Part shown: one piece after another, positions 8,402 to 16,059 of the stretch
Layout of the letters: every line of letters starts with the position of its first letter
Position numbering within the stretch: the stretch's first letter is position 1
DNA from: a virus
Lineage: Duplodnaviria > Heunggongvirae > Uroviricota > Caudoviricetes
Reading direction: 5' to 3' (one strand)
IMG/VR virus record: IMGVR_UViG_2663762648_000006
Coordinates: 1 to 17,357 of that record
Length of the DNA stretch: 17,357 nt
The notes under the pieces: model-generated
What the model was told of the DNA's origin: nothing
Databases searched by the model: none
Seen by the model: only the letters and a program-made list of their open reading frames with translations
Translations under genes and position numbers: made by a program

Positions 8402-9457
8402 TCATGCTTTCCACTTCAGGACACCCGAATTTCTCGCGTGCATTAAAAAACGAATCAGCAACAACAGCTGGCTGCCGTGTTTTTCTTCAAAATCTTTTAC
8501 CCCGGCGTGCAGTTCGTTATGACATTTACGGCACAGCGGAATAACAAACAAATCATCAGCCTTTGTTCCCATCCCTCCCAGTCCATGACCAATGATGTGA
8601 TGCGGATCATCTGCCTGATTACCGCACGTCATGCATTTCTGCGTTTTTACCCAACGCGTGTATACAGGCATCTCTTCCCGTTGTGGTTTCTGGCGCTGGA
8701 GATACTGAGCCGGTGACTCCGGATCAACGGCAATGCTGACCACCGTCTTTTCCTGTGGCGGGTTTTGCTGGTGGGCATGAGGCAACGGCGCAAGATTTTT
8801 TGTGCGCTGCTTCAGTATGCTGGTGGCGGTCTGCTCTCCCGGTACGATGTCGCTTTCGCGGTACAAGGAGCGGATTTTTTCCGCACGTAACCCCAGAGAA
8901 CGACGTAATACTGCCTCCGGAAGCGCGTCCGCCACCTGATTGCAGACCGCCCACCAGGATAATTCAGCCAGCGACAATTCCCGCTCCTGCGTGCCATTCA
9001 TTGCATGGCGTATGACGTCAATCATCCATGCTGACAGGTTTTGATGAGCAAGTTGCCCGAGTGATTCGGATGTCTGGTCACGCAACTGGTTGTCGCAGTG
9101 CCAGCACAACACCATCGCGCCGGTACCGTAACGATGTATGACGATTTCACTGTGATGATAGTCACCATGAGGCCACTGGCAGGATTTGACATGACGCAAC
9201 AGCCAGTCAGACAGTGCCCCAGCGCCGCCAGCAGCACGAATCACCCGCTCATCGCTGAAAAATGGCAGTAATGATTTATCCTCCGCCAGCGGCTGGCGAA
9301 CGGCAGGGACGACTCCGGACGGCAGACCGCGCATGCTTTTCGGTTCAGGCTCCACCAGCACTCGAGGGTTATGAAATACTTGCATGGATTCACGGCCCGG
9401 CCTAAGGACCACCAGCCCGAGTTCCGGTACCAGAACAGGTCGAAGTAATATCCGCAC
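8402..9457 (-). CDS. DUF968-like prophage protein with C-terminal HNH/zinc-finger-like motif (YdfU-like)
   Basis: The long ORF reaches 9529, but a GTG at 9457 has GGAGG 5 nt upstream and sits 1 nt after the upstream gene's stop, so I prefer that start. The C-terminus carries CMTCGN...HHIIGHGLGG...CRKCHNELH. Confidence 0.65.
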   Translation of the reverse strand: MRILLRPVLVPELGLVVLRPGRESMQVFHNPRVLVEPEPKSMRGLPSGVVPAVRQPLAEDKSLLPFFSDERVIRAAGGAGALSDWLLRHVKSCQWPHGDYHHSEIVIHRYGTGAMVLCWHCDNQLRDQTSESLGQLAHQNLSAWMIDVIRHAMNGTQERELSLAELSWWAVCNQVADALPEAVLRRSLGLRAEKIRSLYRESDIVPGEQTATSILKQRTKNLAPLPHAHQQNPPQEKTVVSIAVDPESPAQYLQRQKPQREEMPVYTRWVKTQKCMTCGNQADDPHHIIGHGLGGMGTKADDLFVIPLCRKCHNELHAGVKDFEEKHGSQLLLLIRFLMHARNSGVLKWKA

Positions 9458-9458
9458 G

Positions 9459-9737
9459 TTACCTCCAGATCCGTTGCTGGTATGTGCGGGATGGGCGCGG
9501 TGGGCGTTCGGAATAAGGGAGCCTGACATAGATTATCCAGTGACGATAATCGAGGCTGAGGGCTTTCTTAATCTCGTATCCGCGTCTGCGATAGTTATGA
9601 ATTAGCCATTCGGCCTGTTCTTCAGTACATGGGTCATGCTGGAACCAGTCAGATTTGAAAGTGCGGGAACGCCGCCCGTGCCTGCTGGCAAAGACGGCAG
9701 AATCATCAGAATTGTGTAATTTGGTATCGTGCGCCAT
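9459..9737 (-). CDS. Hypothetical nin-region protein (92 aa from internal ATG)
   Basis: The ORF extends to 9818 with an alternative start; the first ATG is at 9737. Same strand and tightly packed with the DUF968 gene. Confidence 0.45.
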   Translation of the reverse strand: MAHDTKLHNSDDSAVFASRHGRRSRTFKSDWFQHDPCTEEQAEWLIHNYRRRGYEIKKALSLDYRHWIIYVRLPYSERPPRPSRTYQQRIWR

Positions 9738-9814
9738 CGGTTGTCTCTGCTGGCGCAGCAGGTGCCAGTTGTTCAGGCTGGCGTGCGAATTGTAAACCAG
9801 AATGCCAGGAAAAA

Positions 9815-9843
9815 ACAAAACCCGCCGAAGCGGGTATGCTAAA
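9815..9843 (-). terminator. Rho-independent terminator after the lipoprotein gene
   Basis: Minus strand reads CCCGC-TTCG-GCGGG followed by TTTTGTTTTTT. The same motif recurs at the 3' ends of both hok copies. Confidence 0.65.
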
Positions 9844-10033
9844 ACAAACTGAAAGTAATATACCGGACTTGTAAAGGAACGATAGAATAATTATTGGATT
9901 AAACCCTGACTCAATCCAGATTTTATAGGCAACAACTACGGACTAATCATCACAGTCATGTTTGATAGGCTTAGTCCACATTGGGTGAGGGTTTACGGCG
10001 TTTTCACTAATAATTTATCGTCCAAGCTATACA

Positions 10034-10426
10034 CTACTGCCCTGTTTTAACGAAGTTTTTAAAGGAAACAACTGCCTGATAGGGGTTTGGTTGACAGCCA
10101 AACATATTATCGCAAAAAGGCTTGATGAAAATTCTTGAGGATCCATCTTCATTTGGCATTTTACTCACTTGATAAGCGAGGAATGGACTATTTGGAGAGG
10201 GATTATAAGTGGAAATTAGCGTGTCTGTCGCCGTTTGAATTTTCCATGAGGAATTATTAGCCAACCAGAATTGCGCTCGTTTCCAATAAAAGTCACATTG
10301 CTTTTCATCATTACATGTTAGTGGCTTCATTGCTTCTGCTTTCAACGCTGGATCGACCTTTGCTGCACACCCTCCCAACATTACTGTTGCAATCATTACA
10401 CCTGCGACTAAAACAAGTTTCTTCAT
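10034..10426 (-). CDS. Secreted lipoprotein (moron); possible superinfection-exclusion or surface-modifying factor
   Basis: 130 aa with a signal peptide and lipobox (VMLGGC), four further cysteines, and markedly low-GC DNA. It has its own terminator. Confidence 0.7.
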   Translation of the reverse strand: MKKLVLVAGVMIATVMLGGCAAKVDPALKAEAMKPLTCNDEKQCDFYWKRAQFWLANNSSWKIQTATDTLISTYNPSPNSPFLAYQVSKMPNEDGSSRIFIKPFCDNMFGCQPNPYQAVVSFKNFVKTGQ

Positions 10427-10569
10427 CTCCCTGCCCCATCAATAAAAGTTCGGTTCTCTAATAACTAGAGTTAATCAACGGAAAAAACGCCGAAGCGGGT
10501 TAAGTGCGGGTGCGTTGAGGATGCCTGACACATCAGAGGTGGCGAGGGATTTCTCCCCCGCCAGGTCTC

Positions 10570-10782
10570 TTACTCCTCAGGTTCGTAAGCTGTGAAGACA
10601 GCGACCTCCGTCTGGCCGGTTCGGATTCGTACCTCGCAGAGGTCTTTCCTCGTTACCAGTGCCGTCACAATGACGGTTAAACAGATGACGATCAGGGCGA
10701 TTAACATCGCCTTTTGCTGCTTCATAGCCTGCTTCTCCTTGCCTTTCGGCACGTAAGAGGCTAACCTAGATTTGCCGTTCAT
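10570..10782 (-). CDS. hok: Mok/Hok-family type I toxin, copy 1 (Hok/Gef-like 51 aa from the internal ATG at 10725)
   Basis: C-terminal 51 aa (MKQQKAMLIALIVICLTVIVTALVTRKDLCEVRIRTGQTEVAVFTAYEPEE) matches Gef/HokC as I recall it. AAGGAG precedes the internal ATG. The in-frame upstream extension resembles MokC. Confidence 0.85.
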   Translation of the reverse strand: MNGKSRLASYVPKGKEKQAMKQQKAMLIALIVICLTVIVTALVTRKDLCEVRIRTGQTEVAVFTAYEPEE

Positions 10783-10978
10783 AGATTGAGCCTCAGATTA
10801 ATGTTAAGCGTCTTGCAGCAATTCTACTTAAGTATTTTTGATTCTATTCCGGCACCATCTAAAACTTCAAACGCGTTGAAAATAAAAACAAAAACCCGCC
10901 GAAGCGGGTTAAGTGTGGGTGCATTGAGGATGCCTGCCCCATCAGAGGTGGCGAGGGATTTCTCCCCCGCCTGGTCTC

Positions 10979-11191
10979 TTACTCCTCAGGTTCGTAAGCT
11001 GTGAAGACAGCGACCTCCGTCTGGCCGGTTCGGATTCGTACCTCGCAGAGGTCTTTCCTCGTTACCAGTGCCGTCACTATGACGGTTAAACAGATGACGA
11101 TCAGGGCGATTAACATCGCCTTTTGCTGCTTCATAGCCTGCTTCTCCTTGCCTTTCGGCACGTAAGAGGCTAACCTAGATTTGCCGTTCAT
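10979..11191 (-). CDS. hok: Mok/Hok-family type I toxin, copy 2 (identical protein)
   Basis: Translation is identical to copy 1 and lies in the second unit of the tandem duplication. Confidence 0.85.
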   Translation of the reverse strand: MNGKSRLASYVPKGKEKQAMKQQKAMLIALIVICLTVIVTALVTRKDLCEVRIRTGQTEVAVFTAYEPEE

Positions 11192-11387
11192 AGATTGAGC
11201 CTCAGATTAATGTTAAGCGTCTTGCCGGACGCGTAATGTTAACTGGGGCTTTTCTCTATCTGCCTTTGGTGTTCATGCCTGAGGCAGATAGCCTCAAGCA
11301 CCCGCAGCAATTCTACTTAAGTTAGATAAGCTTTTCTATGGTATTCTCTCAGCGTCCCGTAAATACAGTCTCGGCTCATCATTTTTA

Positions 11388-11645
11388 TCACAGGTGCGAG
11401 GAAAATATATAGCGCCCTCCATCAAGCATAACGAAATACATTTTCCATTCATCGCCATTCCTCAATTTAATACGAAGACTTTCCCCGCAAGTGTATTTAT
11501 TAAACAACTGTTCCGATGTGCTAGTAAGAGGTATTTTTACCGTTATTACAACTACTGCCCCACCATTTAACTCTCGAAGTTCAGCATCCGCATCCACAAA
11601 AGATGAATAAATGTTATGATCTGGGTAATCAACAATTAACTGCAT
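11388..11645 (-). CDS. Hypothetical protein, low-GC orphan
   Basis: 85 aa from an ATG with AAGGAG 5 nt upstream. Very AT-rich DNA; no recognisable motif. Confidence 0.5.
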   Translation of the reverse strand: MQLIVDYPDHNIYSSFVDADAELRELNGGAVVVITVKIPLTSTSEQLFNKYTCGESLRIKLRNGDEWKMYFVMLDGGRYIFSSHL

Positions 11646-11783
11646 ATTCACTCCTTAAATATAGCAACTAAAACAAACAACGATTTAACAGTAGGAATTG
11701 TTTTTATAACATATGAACGGTGCAAGATCTATCCAGATGAAGCCTCCCCTCACACCCCCGTCTCATTACATGCATTTACTATC

Positions 11784-12299
11784 TCACCGTAAAACATCCT
11801 CCACGCTTATCAGTCCGTTTCGCTTCAGGTAGTCCATCGCCTTCTCCGGTAATTTGCAGTCCGGCTTGGCTTTTTTCAGTTGGCTGACCAGTCGTTTAAC
11901 CCACATTGTTAATTCGCTAACCTGATTGCCGGAAGCTGGTGGGTTGTCGGCTTTACCCAGAATGACAGCACTGCAGGCCTCTTTGAGTACCCAATCAACA
12001 GCATCTTTCCATGCTCCTGTTTCGACTGGTGGATTCTCACGCTTTACCTGTTCATAAAAGCGCACGGCTTTAACCAGTCCTTCTGATGTCAGTGGCACAG
12101 GCGGGGCAGTGAATAACGCCTGAATTTCATAGCTCGGCCTGTCGTTGCAATCCTCTTTTGTCGGTACATATTTCCAGTCACCAACCCACGGCTCCCCCTG
12201 TGAGTCCGTAATGCCTTTTTTCACGTAGCGATATCGCCATGCAACTGGTTTTGCCTGCCCTGCCGTTTCATGTCCTTCCTGATAATTAATCTCGCTCAT
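11784..12299 (-). CDS. Hypothetical phage early protein
   Basis: 171-aa ORF with ATGA overlap to the upstream gene. Confidence 0.6.
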   Translation of the reverse strand: MSEINYQEGHETAGQAKPVAWRYRYVKKGITDSQGEPWVGDWKYVPTKEDCNDRPSYEIQALFTAPPVPLTSEGLVKAVRFYEQVKRENPPVETGAWKDAVDWVLKEACSAVILGKADNPPASGNQVSELTMWVKRLVSQLKKAKPDCKLPEKAMDYLKRNGLISVEDVLR

Positions 12300-12472
12300 T
12301 CATCGCCCCACTCATCACAATATGCTTCGACCGGAGTTTTTCCTGCTTCGTAGTCATAACGCCATGCTTCAGCATCAGCGGCACTTCCACCGCGTAACTC
12401 TGCATAGTCCATTAACAGTTCATGCCATTCTTCAAAACTGACGTTGTATTTAGTTGAACCAAAATCAGCCAT
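12296..12472 (-). CDS. Hypothetical small acidic protein
   Basis: Internal ATG at 12472 with AGGAGG 9 nt upstream; overlaps neighbours at both ends. Confidence 0.5.
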   Translation of the reverse strand: MADFGSTKYNVSFEEWHELLMDYAELRGGSAADAEAWRYDYEAGKTPVEAYCDEWGDE

Positions 12473-12647
12473 TTTGTTCTTCCTCCTCATCTTTTATTTC
12501 GTGATATGAGTAATTGCAGTAGTTAAAGAAAATTTCTTTTGCTTCGTCCTGTATTTCATCTGGTGTCGCACCATCATCCACTTCGAATACATCCTCAAAA
12601 TCTCCACCAGCTATTCCCGTTTCAATAATTATTCTGAACTTTCGCAT
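12465..12647 (-). CDS. Hypothetical small acidic protein
   Basis: 60-aa ORF in the same operon-like array. A GC hairpin lies just upstream of the start. Confidence 0.45.
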   Translation of the reverse strand: MRKFRIIIETGIAGGDFEDVFEVDDGATPDEIQDEAKEIFFNYCNYSYHEIKDEEEEQNG

Positions 12648-12742
12648 TTCATTACCGCCCTTTCGGGCGGCCTCCTGATGTTCTGAGGGTGCAGAAATCC
12701 CTCCGGTTAAGGATTAAATTTTATTTACAACACTAAATTTAA

Positions 12743-12943
12743 TTATTCAGGCGCGCGAATCTGTTCCGCACAATGCAACAATGCTTCTGTCACTTCCTTA
12801 AGCGTTACGGTATCGGCATCATCCAGTCCTGCAACTTTTGCGTGCCTGGCAAACGCCGCGCAAAGGTCGTTAAACGCCACCGCCCGTACATCAGCTAGGA
12901 AAGCGTTAGCAGCAGCCAATTCCTGGTAGTCAATCCTGCTCAC
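12743..12943 (-). CDS. Hypothetical small protein
   Basis: 66-aa ORF whose start overlaps the upstream gene's stop. Confidence 0.45.
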   Translation of the reverse strand: MSRIDYQELAAANAFLADVRAVAFNDLCAAFARHAKVAGLDDADTVTLKEVTEALLHCAEQIRAPE

Positions 12944-13365
12944 TGCGCCGCCTCCTGAAAATTCCCCTGATAGAAAGCCAGTACACGCTGCATAACTTCA
13001 CTATTCCGGCACTCGCGACAGATTATGTTCAGACGCCTGTCATAGCGGCGTATTTCTCCGTCTGGTAACGACCAGATAAGGTCCGGATCAACCACAGATG
13101 TTTTTTTCTTCAGCTTTGCCCTTGAGAGTTTTTTGCGGGCATTTTGCCAGTCCTTACGAGCCTGTTCAGACGGGAATAACCCGTAACCAGAGTTGTATAC
13201 ATCGCCACTGGCAACCAGCTCTCTGGCAAGAACGCTCATCAGATATCTTGTTGCCCCAGTTTTAGCTTCCAGTTGTCGTAACGTCTCGCGCCCACTCTGG
13301 CGTACGAGTTCAACAACCTGCCCTTTAATTTTTTCCCGCTCTTCTTGTGTAAAAACTTTTGCCAC
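12940..13365 (-). CDS. Hypothetical basic protein downstream of the replication initiator (possible replication accessory or DNA-binding protein)
   Basis: 141-aa lysine/arginine-rich ORF at the position P or ren would occupy in lambda. No family recognised. Confidence 0.55.
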   Translation of the reverse strand: MAKVFTQEEREKIKGQVVELVRQSGRETLRQLEAKTGATRYLMSVLARELVASGDVYNSGYGLFPSEQARKDWQNARKKLSRAKLKKKTSVVDPDLIWSLPDGEIRRYDRRLNIICRECRNSEVMQRVLAFYQGNFQEAAQ

Positions 13366-13405
13366 AAGCCCTCCTGAAAATTACCTCATGACCAGAAATT
13401 AACAC

Positions 13406-14482
13406 TTACCCCCTGAAGCCCGGCGGAATTTCGTTATCCGGTTCAGAAATATGATTCACACAACGCTGGTTGTTCGTGCCGCTTACCGGGAGCAACCAGG
13501 GGTTCTCAAAATTCCGGTCCGGTCCAAAAAACGTCGTCGCTCGCTGAACAAATTCCGTTCCCGTTTTCCCGGTAGCCGCCAAGTATCTTGCGTAACGCCT
13601 CACGCCATCCAGCATGGCCTCTGGTGGCACCCCCTCGCGTAATCTGGCCTTCCAGGCACTGAAAGCGGATTTCTTCGGGTTTGCTCCGGCACGCAACGGG
13701 TACTCCCGCCAGACCTGTTCGAACGCATCCGGATAATCCACTCGTCCCACAGACAGCCCGGTGTTTTCCGGGACTACCCGATCGGCTTTCCGCTGAATGG
13801 CGGAATCGGCTTCAGGCTGCTGCAGTTGGAGTGATTGCTCCGGCCTTGCGGTCATCACCTGCTGCACAGCGCCCGAATCGGCTTTCAGCGCATACGCTGA
13901 ATCGGCTTCCGGTGTCGTGCCTGCTGGCTGACCAGGATTGACGGTCTGAACATCCCCTGCCTGGTTCGTGGCGTTTTTTACGCCATGGACCATAGTGTTT
14001 TGATCTTCTTGATCTGTATCTTTATCTGTATCTTTATCTGTCGTGACTCGTCGTGACATGTGCGTGACATTTCGTGACGCGCCGTGACAATCGCCATTTT
14101 GTTCCCGCTTTCTTTCCCTCTCTCGCTGCGCCCTCTTGCGCTCTGCAGGAGATTTTGCGGTTTGCGAAATATTGCCGTTGTCCTCTTTAAGCACCTGGCG
14201 TTTTTCCCATCCAGTGATTAAATCACCATCAAGTACCCGCCCCTGCATCGTCTGCAAAATTGAATCAATTACCTCTTCTGTCACGTCGAGCGCACTTGCC
14301 AAATCTTCTGTCGTGACATCAATGTGACCTCGCGTGACATTTCGTGACGCGCTCACCAGGAGGTGGATATACACTGCCATCACTGTTGCAATTGGCTGCC
14401 CTGACACCCTGGCAATTGTTCGCCACTTAGGGTCATTTGGCATGTCATGCCATAATCTGAGCCAGGCGTTAGCCATACTCAC
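13406..14482 (-). CDS. Replication initiator (O-like; possibly YdaU/DUF1376-type) containing the origin iterons
   Basis: 358 aa, third gene after the Cro-like and YdaT-like genes as in Rac. Two iteron arrays lie inside the N-terminal half of the gene, as ori-lambda lies inside O. Confidence 0.6.
   Translation of the reverse strand: MSMANAWLRLWHDMPNDPKWRTIARVSGQPIATVMAVYIHLLVSASRNVTRGHIDVTTEDLASALDVTEEVIDSILQTMQGRVLDGDLITGWEKRQVLKEDNGNISQTAKSPAERKRAQRERERKREQNGDCHGASRNVTHMSRRVTTDKDTDKDTDQEDQNTMVHGVKNATNQAGDVQTVNPGQPAGTTPEADSAYALKADSGAVQQVMTARPEQSLQLQQPEADSAIQRKADRVVPENTGLSVGRVDYPDAFEQVWREYPLRAGANPKKSAFSAWKARLREGVPPEAMLDGVRRYARYLAATGKTGTEFVQRATTFFGPDRNFENPWLLPVSGTNNQRCVNHISEPDNEIPPGFRG
14042..14088. 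repeat. Iteron array 1: five CGTGAC repeats at 10-11 bp spacing (putative origin)
   Basis: CGTGAC at 14042, 14052, 14063, 14073 and 14083. A TCTGTATCTTTA tandem repeat lies just upstream (14005-14040). Confidence 0.65.
14280..14348. repeat. Iteron array 2: four to five (C/T)GTGAC repeats including one inverted copy
   Basis: GTCACG at 14280; CGTGAC at 14312, 14333 and 14343; TGTGAC at 14324. The 20-mer CGTGACATTTCGTGACGCGC is shared with array 1. Confidence 0.6.
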
Positions 14483-14547
14483 CTCTTCTGATACCGAATC
14501 TTTTTACTCACGAGTTGCCGGAAGCGATTCGATATGGCTATTGTCAG

Positions 14548-14973
14548 TCAATGTACTGCCACAGCATTTCCTGCCGGGCCACCACGGTTCATCTGATTGA
14601 AACCGGCGATTGCCACTGCGACAAAATCATCAGCGTCTCTCACCAGTCGTTCATGCGTCTCCACCAGTTCCCGAAAATAAGCTGAACTGTGGCTGCGCAT
14701 TCGAGCCACCAGCGGAGGTGGCATTGCCCTTTCGATCGCAGGTAACAACGCCTGAATTTTTTCAACAGCGTCAGGGGTGTCTTTATCCAGCCAACGGAAA
14801 ATCTTTTGGGTGTTGAGATAAAGCGTGTTGTGCTTGCTGTCGTTATGCAGAACCGGAAACGTCATTCCCAGTTCGAAATAAACCCTGGTTATTTCAGCTG
14901 CCGGAACTTTTTCACCGTCCGGATGCGCCCAGGCTTTCATCGCCATGCGGATGTGTTCATGCTTGATTTTCAT
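14548..14973 (-). CDS. ydaT: YdaT-like protein (CII-position regulator of Rac-type prophages)
   Basis: 141 aa starting MKIKHEHI, as I recall for Rac YdaT; it directly follows the Cro-like gene. Confidence 0.7.
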   Translation of the reverse strand: MKIKHEHIRMAMKAWAHPDGEKVPAAEITRVYFELGMTFPVLHNDSKHNTLYLNTQKIFRWLDKDTPDAVEKIQALLPAIERAMPPPLVARMRSHSSAYFRELVETHERLVRDADDFVAVAIAGFNQMNRGGPAGNAVAVH

Positions 14974-15233
14974 GAATCAACCCCCGCCGATGGTTGTGTG
15001 TTAGCCTGAAACTCAGCAGGCAAGCCGTCAGTTGGGTTGGGGTAGGTTTTACTGTCAATCTCATGTGGGGTCACCACCCATCCCGTTGCTTCACACCAAC
15101 GTAATATTTTTTCTCCTGTAAGTTTTGCACGCCCCGTTATAACGTGGCTGACCATCCCTTGGGATGCGCCAACAATCTCAGCAAATGAACTCTGGGTTAT
15201 ATGAAAATGATGCAAATATTCTCCAAGATTCAT
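14970..15233 (-). CDS. Cro/YdaS-like HTH regulator
   Basis: 87 aa from the ATG at 15233 (the ORF extends to a TTG at 15260). HTH-like segment SQGMVSHVITGRAKL. Divergent from the repressor gene. Confidence 0.7.
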   Translation of the reverse strand: MNLGEYLHHFHITQSSFAEIVGASQGMVSHVITGRAKLTGEKILRWCEATGWVVTPHEIDSKTYPNPTDGLPAEFQANTQPSAGVDS

Positions 15234-15260
15234 AATCCGCCCTATGTGATGTGTTACCAA

Positions 15261-15344
15261 TGCATAATTAATAGCACTGTTATTTTTAAAAGTAAATAGT
15301 GATACTATTTCAAAGTGATTAGCAATCTTATTAGAATTGGATGT
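15261..15344. promoter_or_regulatory. Immunity-region intergenic spacer with divergent promoters and operator-like repeats
   Basis: 84-bp AT-rich spacer between divergent HTH genes, with repeated AGTGAT/AGCACT half-site-like motifs. Confidence 0.45.
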
Positions 15345-15845
15345 ATGAAAAGAAAATCATTGTCAGACACCGACCTCAACGCCGCCAGAAGACTGAAAGA
15401 AATCTGGATGGCAAAGAAATCTCAGTTGGGATTGACTCAGGAACGTGCGGCGGAAATTATGGGGTTTTCAACACAAGGGGCGGTAAGTCACTACCTAAAT
15501 GGTCAAACCCCACTAAACCTTGAGGCTGTTCTAAAGTTTGCTGGCTTACTGAAAGTTCCCCCTGAGTCAATCAGGCCAGACATGGTAGATTTGCTGCAAA
15601 TTGCAAGGATGTATTGTCGAGAACCACAGCAAGATAACATAGTCGCATTACCAGCAGACACAGAACAAACAGAGGATGAACTACCGTTTGCCGTAGAGCC
15701 GATGGAACGAGATTTAATCCATACGTTCAGAGCTTTTCCGAAAGAAGATCAAGAACACATGCTTCAGGAGATGAAAGATAAAAAAGAATCAATGGATCGT
15801 ACGGTTGCGCGGTGGTTAGCTGCACAAAAAGGCCGTCGCGCCTAA
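15345..15845 (+). CDS. Prophage repressor, HTH type (RacR/CI-like, apparently without an S24 peptidase domain)
   Basis: 166 aa from the ATG at 15345. HTH segment LTQERAAEIMGFSTQGAVSHYLNGQ; the C-terminus is acidic and shows no Ser/Lys peptidase motif. Confidence 0.7.
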   Translation: MKRKSLSDTDLNAARRLKEIWMAKKSQLGLTQERAAEIMGFSTQGAVSHYLNGQTPLNLEAVLKFAGLLKVPPESIRPDMVDLLQIARMYCREPQQDNIVALPADTEQTEDELPFAVEPMERDLIHTFRAFPKEDQEHMLQEMKDKKESMDRTVARWLAAQKGRRA

Positions 15846-15864
15846 ATCAGAGGAGATATGTAAA

Positions 15865-16059
15865 ATGAGTACAGTCCTTTCCCCAATGGTTTCAGAATTT
15901 GAGACAGTTGAGCAAGAAAATAGTTACAACGAATGGCTGCGGGCCAAAGTAGCAGCAAGCCTCGCGGATCCCCGCCCGGCGATTCCGCATGATGAGGTAA
16001 TGGCGGAAATGGAACAAATTATTGCCCAAATTGCTGCTGCAACTCACAGAGGTGAATAA
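15865..16059 (+). CDS. Type II antitoxin, ParD/Phd-like
   Basis: 64-aa acidic protein whose stop overlaps the start of a ParE/RelE-like toxin (TAATG). Confidence 0.65.
   Translation: MSTVLSPMVSEFETVEQENSYNEWLRAKVAASLADPRPAIPHDEVMAEMEQIIAQIAAATHRGE

Larger units (their letters stand above)
10488..11322. repeat. Tandem direct duplication of the hok locus (two units, about 409-bp period); unit 2 has an 80-bp insertion
   Basis: Near-identical DNA at 10488-10833 and 10897-11322 with a few substitutions. The insertion is at 11226-11305. Confidence 0.85.

Noticed and set aside
8724-9237. Short ORFs on both strands inside the DUF968 gene (8724..8954, 8755..9015, 8812..8997, 9022..9237)
   Set aside because: Alternative-frame ORFs within a longer, better-supported gene; translations are Arg/Gly/Cys-rich shadow products.
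10786-11004. 72-aa plus-strand ORF spanning the junction of the two hok units
   Set aside because: It is antisense to the hok leader and terminator and has no RBS. The real antisense product expected here is a small noncoding Sok-type RNA, not a protein.
10488-11322. Direct repeats considered as a CRISPR array
   Set aside because: There are only two units, each about 400 bp and protein-coding (hok), with no short repeat-spacer periodicity and no cas genes.
12655-12670. GC hairpin CCGCCCTTTCGGGCGG considered as a terminator
   Set aside because: No U-tract follows on either strand. It sits between an AGGAGG and the ATG of the 60-aa gene, so it is more likely a translational structure or simply part of the leader.
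14000-14100. Short tandem repeats (TCTGTATCTTTA and CGTGAC) considered as a CRISPR array or VNTR
   Set aside because: The repeats are 6-12 bp at helical spacing inside a replication initiator gene, which fits origin iterons rather than a repeat-spacer array.
15341-15523. 60-aa plus-strand ORF overlapping the repressor gene
   Set aside because: It is an alternative frame inside the better-supported HTH repressor ORF.
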